Position numbers and translations under genes: made by a program. Below the pieces are notes generated by a model. That model worked only from the letters and a program-made list of their open reading frames with translations. It made no database searches and was not told the origin of the DNA. Of a stretch of DNA of 64,000 nt, positions 60,390 to 64,000 are shown one piece after another (positions within the stretch are counted from its first letter, which is position 1; every line of letters starts with the position of its first letter). Source of the DNA: Bacteroidota bacterium (lineage in GTDB: Bacteria > Bacteroidota > Bacteroidia > Flavobacteriales > UBA7312); the NCBI GenBank assembly GCA_036340235.1, contig JAYYZE010000011.1:39492-103491 (forward strand), given 5' to 3'.

Positions 60390-62164
60390 TCTATAATCAG
60401 CTTAGTATTCAAATATTTGTTATCGATTTGCACAGATAAATAATAAATCCCTTTAGTTAATTCTTGCAAATCTAAGCTGGAATAATTTTCATACAATAAC
60501 TTATTAAAGACTTTTTTACCATGTAAATTAAATACCTCAACAATAGCTTGATTAAAATTTTTATCAATAGAAAGTGTTACTCTTCCATTGCTTGGATTGG
60601 GATAAACCAACAAATTTTGAGAAAATATTTTATCCAAATCAGAAAGATTGTATATTATTTCATTGGATCTATACTCACAACCCCATTCATCAAAAAGGGA
60701 TAAGCTATATGTACCTTGTTCAGTAGGAAGATAAAAATTCTCATTAGCACCGATTATTATCTCATTGTTCAATAGCCATTGGTACTCTAAAAATAAATAT
60801 GAAACAGAGAATAAAGTATCATCTGTAAAGCTAATTTCAGGTGTAAATTCATTACTACACAAAACTACTAATTCTTCATTTGAGCGTGAGACACAACCAA
60901 ATTCATTTGTTGCTAGAAGACTATAAAAGCCTGTGTTTTCAGGCAAAAAAGAAACCTCTGTTGCTTCTGAAATAGGACTTTGGCTGTAGTACCATTGATA
61001 TTCAACATTTTGTGAATCTGTGTTAAGCGAAAGCTGATTTGACATATCATCATAAACAATATCTGTTGGCTGTGGATTCTCATAAACATATATTGTATCA
61101 GTAATTTCTTGATATGGGATTGGTGGAATTTCATTTATTGACAAACTAATCGACAAACCGTTATCTGAAATATTAGATGAATTTGTATTAAACTCTAAAC
61201 TACCTAAATTATCATCCGTACCAAGCTCTATTCCTAAAGCATAATATGTGTCATCATCCCATACCTCAATAAAATATGTGTCATCTTGAAGTAAAAACCC
61301 AATATCAGCAAATTCTGCAGGTAGAGAGACATTATCTTGAACTACTGATGAATAAACTACATTTCCCTGTTGATTCAAAATATAGAAGTAATGATCAGGA
61401 GTAAAAGATGTACCATCATCAAAATCCTGCCAATTTTCTGAAGCATTAATAGTTACAGATTCAAGTGTATAAATTGATTCTGATGTTGAATAAGCTTGAT
61501 AATTCACGACATAAATTCCTACATCTGTGTATAGTTGGTTTTGTGGATTTTCAGAATTATTTTGATTTCCGTTACCGAAATTCCATGAGTAAGATGATAA
61601 GCCTGGATTATTATTAATAAATTCAACAGTTAATGGAGCGCAACCTGAAAAGTTAGTCATAGAGAAACCGTTATTATTAGAAATATTAGGTAAAATTGTC
61701 AAAGGCAAGACAAATGAAATTATTTCTGTACCTACCAACCAAGATAAATTGTGAGTTGCAACTACCGTCACCTCAACCTCAAAATCCCCAAATTCTAGTG
61801 GTGTACCGTCAATTATTACACAACCATACTGTGAAACTATTGGATCATAATGACACTGATTTTCAAAATTGTTACATTCCCAACTCATACCAATGGGAAG
61901 TGAAATTGAGGTAATGTGATAATCCTCAAAATATATGAGATTTTCACCAAAGCCATCAACTTCAACAAGTGTATCTAAAGGAAGGTAAAATGTTAACTCT
62001 TGAAAATATGGTTGTCCAAATACACCATTTCCAAGACTATCAGGAATTAAACCATAGTTAGCATTAACAGGAATATAAGATTCATCAGGCGCACACTGTG
62101 AAAAAACTATGGTTGAATGTAAAAAAGCTATTGAAGATAAAAGCGATATGAATACAAATTTCAT
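60386..62164 (-). CDS. secreted PKD-domain protein with T9SS type A C-terminal sorting domain
   Basis: 592 aa with a signal peptide. PKD-like segment GCAPLTVEFINNNPGLSSYSWNFGNGN...YTDVGIYVVNYQA. C-terminus is LLVYPNPSNGRVTLSI...VEVFNLHGKKVF...GIYYLSVQI. Confidence 0.75.
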   Translation of the reverse strand: MKFVFISLLSSIAFLHSTIVFSQCAPDESYIPVNANYGLIPDSLGNGVFGQPYFQELTFYLPLDTLVEVDGFGENLIYFEDYHITSISLPIGMSWECNNFENQCHYDPIVSQYGCVIIDGTPLEFGDFEVEVTVVATHNLSWLVGTEIISFVLPLTILPNISNNNGFSMTNFSGCAPLTVEFINNNPGLSSYSWNFGNGNQNNSENPQNQLYTDVGIYVVNYQAYSTSESIYTLESVTINASENWQDFDDGTSFTPDHYFYILNQQGNVVYSSVVQDNVSLPAEFADIGFLLQDDTYFIEVWDDDTYYALGIELGTDDNLGSLEFNTNSSNISDNGLSISLSINEIPPIPYQEITDTIYVYENPQPTDIVYDDMSNQLSLNTDSQNVEYQWYYSQSPISEATEVSFLPENTGFYSLLATNEFGCVSRSNEELVVLCSNEFTPEISFTDDTLFSVSYLFLEYQWLLNNEIIIGANENFYLPTEQGTYSLSLFDEWGCEYRSNEIIYNLSDLDKIFSQNLLVYPNPSNGRVTLSIDKNFNQAIVEVFNLHGKKVFNKLLYENYSSLDLQELTKGIYYLSVQIDNKYLNTKLIID

Positions 62165-62220
62165 GTCATAAACTTATTAAGATAAACAAGTTTATAACAT
62201 ATTTTTTAATTTACAAAATC

Positions 62221-63534
62221 TTAATACCTGTAATAGTCTGGCTTGTAAGGTCCATTTACTGGCACACCTATGTAACTTGCCTGATCGTCATTCAGTTTAT
62301 CAAGTTCAACACCTATTTTTGCTAAGTGAAGGAGAGCTACTTTTTCATCTAAATGCTTTGGTAGAGTGTGAACCTTTTTGTCATAATTTTCAATATTATT
62401 CCATAATTCGATTTGAGCAATAACCTGGTTGGTGAATGAGGCAGACATAACAAATGAAGGGTGGCCTGTGGCACAACCCAAATTGATTAATCGTCCCTCA
62501 GCTAATAAAATAATATCATGGCTTCCAATGGTGTATTTGTCAACTTGTGGTTTAATAGTGTCTTTAGAATCGCCCCAATTATCATTTAACCATGCTACAT
62601 CAATTTCATTATCAAAGTGACCAATATTACACACAATGGTTTTATCTTTCATTATTTCAAAATGCTCGCCCGTGATAATGTCCTTGTTTCCCGTTGCGGT
62701 AACGACAATATCGGCCTCAGGAATGGAGTCTTTCATTTTCTTTACCTCATACCCTTCCATAGCAGCCTGAAGAGCACAAATTGGATCAATTTCTGTTACT
62801 ATTACTCTGGCGCCAGCACCTCTTAAGGATTCAGCTGAACCTTTGCCAACATCACCGAAACCAGCAACTACCGCAACCTTGCCTGCAATCATCACATCGG
62901 TAGCTCTTCTAATACCATCTACCAAGGACTCTCTACAACCATATTTGTTGTCAAATTTTGACTTGGTCACAGAGTCATTGATATTGATGGCCGGTACATA
63001 CAAGGTACCATTTCGCTCTCTTTCAAACAAACGAAGAACGCCTGTTGTGGTTTCTTCTGACAATCCGTTTATACCTTCAGCTAACTCTGGGTATTTATCG
63101 AATACCATATTGGTAAGATCGCCACCATCATCAAGTATCATGTTGAGGGGCTTATCGCCCTCAAACGCAAATAACGTTTGCTCAATACACCAATCAAACT
63201 CCTCTTCGTTCATACCTTTCCAAGCATATACTGGCACGCCAGTAGCTGCTATAGCTGCAGCGGCATGATCTTGTGTTGAAAAAATATTACAGGACGACCA
63301 ACTAACTTCGGCTCCAAGCTCTGTTAGTGTTTCAATCAAAACAGCTGTTTGAATCGTCATGTGAAGGCATCCTGCTATGCGCGCGCCTTTTAAGGGTTTT
63401 AGTTGGCCAAACTCTTCACGAAGAGCCATTAAACCAGGCATTTCAGCTTCGGCCAATGTAATTTCTTTTCTACCCCAGTCAGCTAGAGTAATATTCTTGA
63501 CTTTATATGATACTTTTTCCACTTTTGATTTCAT
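62221..63534 (-). CDS. ahcY: adenosylhomocysteinase
   Basis: 437 aa. [16 protein letters not shown], the NAD-binding [15 protein letters not shown], and GHFDNEID. Confidence 0.97.
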   Translation of the reverse strand: MKSKVEKVSYKVKNITLADWGRKEITLAEAEMPGLMALREEFGQLKPLKGARIAGCLHMTIQTAVLIETLTELGAEVSWSSCNIFSTQDHAAAAIAATGVPVYAWKGMNEEEFDWCIEQTLFAFEGDKPLNMILDDGGDLTNMVFDKYPELAEGINGLSEETTTGVLRLFERERNGTLYVPAININDSVTKSKFDNKYGCRESLVDGIRRATDVMIAGKVAVVAGFGDVGKGSAESLRGAGARVIVTEIDPICALQAAMEGYEVKKMKDSIPEADIVVTATGNKDIITGEHFEIMKDKTIVCNIGHFDNEIDVAWLNDNWGDSKDTIKPQVDKYTIGSHDIILLAEGRLINLGCATGHPSFVMSASFTNQVIAQIELWNNIENYDKKVHTLPKHLDEKVALLHLAKIGVELDKLNDDQASYIGVPVNGPYKPDYYRY

Positions 63535-63613
63535 GTGTTATAATTTGAAGTACAAAAATACTAAATATAGTTTTCATATTACGTATTATTGTAGCATTAA
63601 TCTTTTCATTTTT

Positions 63614-64000
63614 TTGAACAATAAAACATCACATTTTCATCTAATTATCGAAGCATTGAATGCGTCTGAGTTTAACAAACTTAGCAAAAGAGACAATGAA
63701 ATCGTCGCTACTCAACGAATAATTAAACAACACTACCCCAACGAAATTCTTTCCTACAAACTCAACAAAGCACCTATTTTGTCTAGCGGAAAAGGCATTT
63801 CAATTTCTCATTCGTCTGATTTTTTAGCCATCTTGATAGCTCCTCATACAGCAGCAGTTGACATTGAAAAAATTAGTATTAAGGTTGAAAAGGTTGCCGT
63901 AAAATTTCTTTCAAAAGAAGAACAAAAATGGGCAAATACTAAAGAATTAACCACACTATGCTGGTGTGCTAAAGAATGTCTTTACAAAATACACCAAAAT
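63614..64000 (+). CDS. 4'-phosphopantetheinyl transferase superfamily protein (partial; start uncertain, 3' end off window)
   Basis: Open frame with ISISHSSDFLAILIA, the metal-binding VDIEKI, and the W..KE..YK motif (CWCAKECLYK). No in-frame ATG is present. The TTG at 63614 is the nearest plausible start and the TTG at 63545 is an alternative. Confidence 0.6.
   Translation, partial: MNNKTSHFHLIIEALNASEFNKLSKRDNEIVATQRIIKQHYPNEILSYKLNKAPILSSGKGISISHSSDFLAILIAPHTAAVDIEKISIKVEKVAVKFLSKEEQKWANTKELTTLCWCAKECLYKIHQN

Noticed and set aside
62165-62220. Perfect 8-bp hairpin ATAAACTT...AAGTTTAT between ahcY and the PKD gene as a terminator.
   Set aside because: The stem is pure A/T. On the transcribed (minus) strand it is not followed by a U-tract, and the T-run is on the wrong side. 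Not convincing as an intrinsic terminator.
63535-63613. Looked for a SAH/SAM riboswitch upstream of ahcY.
   Set aside because: The leader is short, AT-rich and lacks any GC-paired stems or pseudoknot-forming segments. No riboswitch-like structure is visible.

Overview
This is a 64-kb chromosomal window from a low-GC Bacteroidota genome, most likely Flavobacteriia-like. No database search was possible, so all family names come from motif recognition in the translated ORFs. The lineage call rests on five things: the conserved block rpsU-xerC-hpf-4 tRNAs-tuf-tRNA-Trp-secE-nusG-rplK-rplA-rplJ; a fused SecDF; four proteins with T9SS C-terminal sorting domains; TAnnTTTG-type -7 promoter boxes with A-rich leaders lacking a Shine-Dalgarno site; and CarboxypepD_reg-type TonB-dependent receptors. 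I support about 58 protein genes, 6 tRNAs and 2 decayed pseudogenes, plus a few promoters and intrinsic terminators. Everything from 1 to 20.4 kb is on the minus strand. I saw no CRISPR array, IS element, prophage or rRNA. Most of the window is housekeeping: translation, gyrB, secDF, mdh, murB, prfA, pyrF, purM, ahcY, ruvC and greA. Cell-envelope modules are interspersed among these. The best candidate for an undescribed system is the tightly packed minus-strand triad at 50939-59866. It encodes a giant 1227-aa TonB-dependent-receptor-like barrel, a 1394-aa non-lipoprotein with Asp-rich Ca-loop motifs and an atypical T9SS-CTD-like tail, and a 345-aa PorV/PorQ-like barrel. No SusD partner is present. 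Secondary candidates are: (1) a translationally coupled flippase-like TM protein, QxxRW GT2 and orphan OppC-type permease operon at 46345-49453; (2) a 1022-aa TPR protein overlapping a 560-aa barrel gene at 32803-37552; (3) a DUF3127 OB-fold protein ending in the SSB-type tip DDDLPF; (4) a Rieske-fold-like lipoprotein without His ligands; (5) a DUF4956-DUF2490 pair without its usual VTC partner; (6) two clear gene relics, a ComEA-like gene with four frameshifts and a K+ channel with nonsense codons and an internal deletion.
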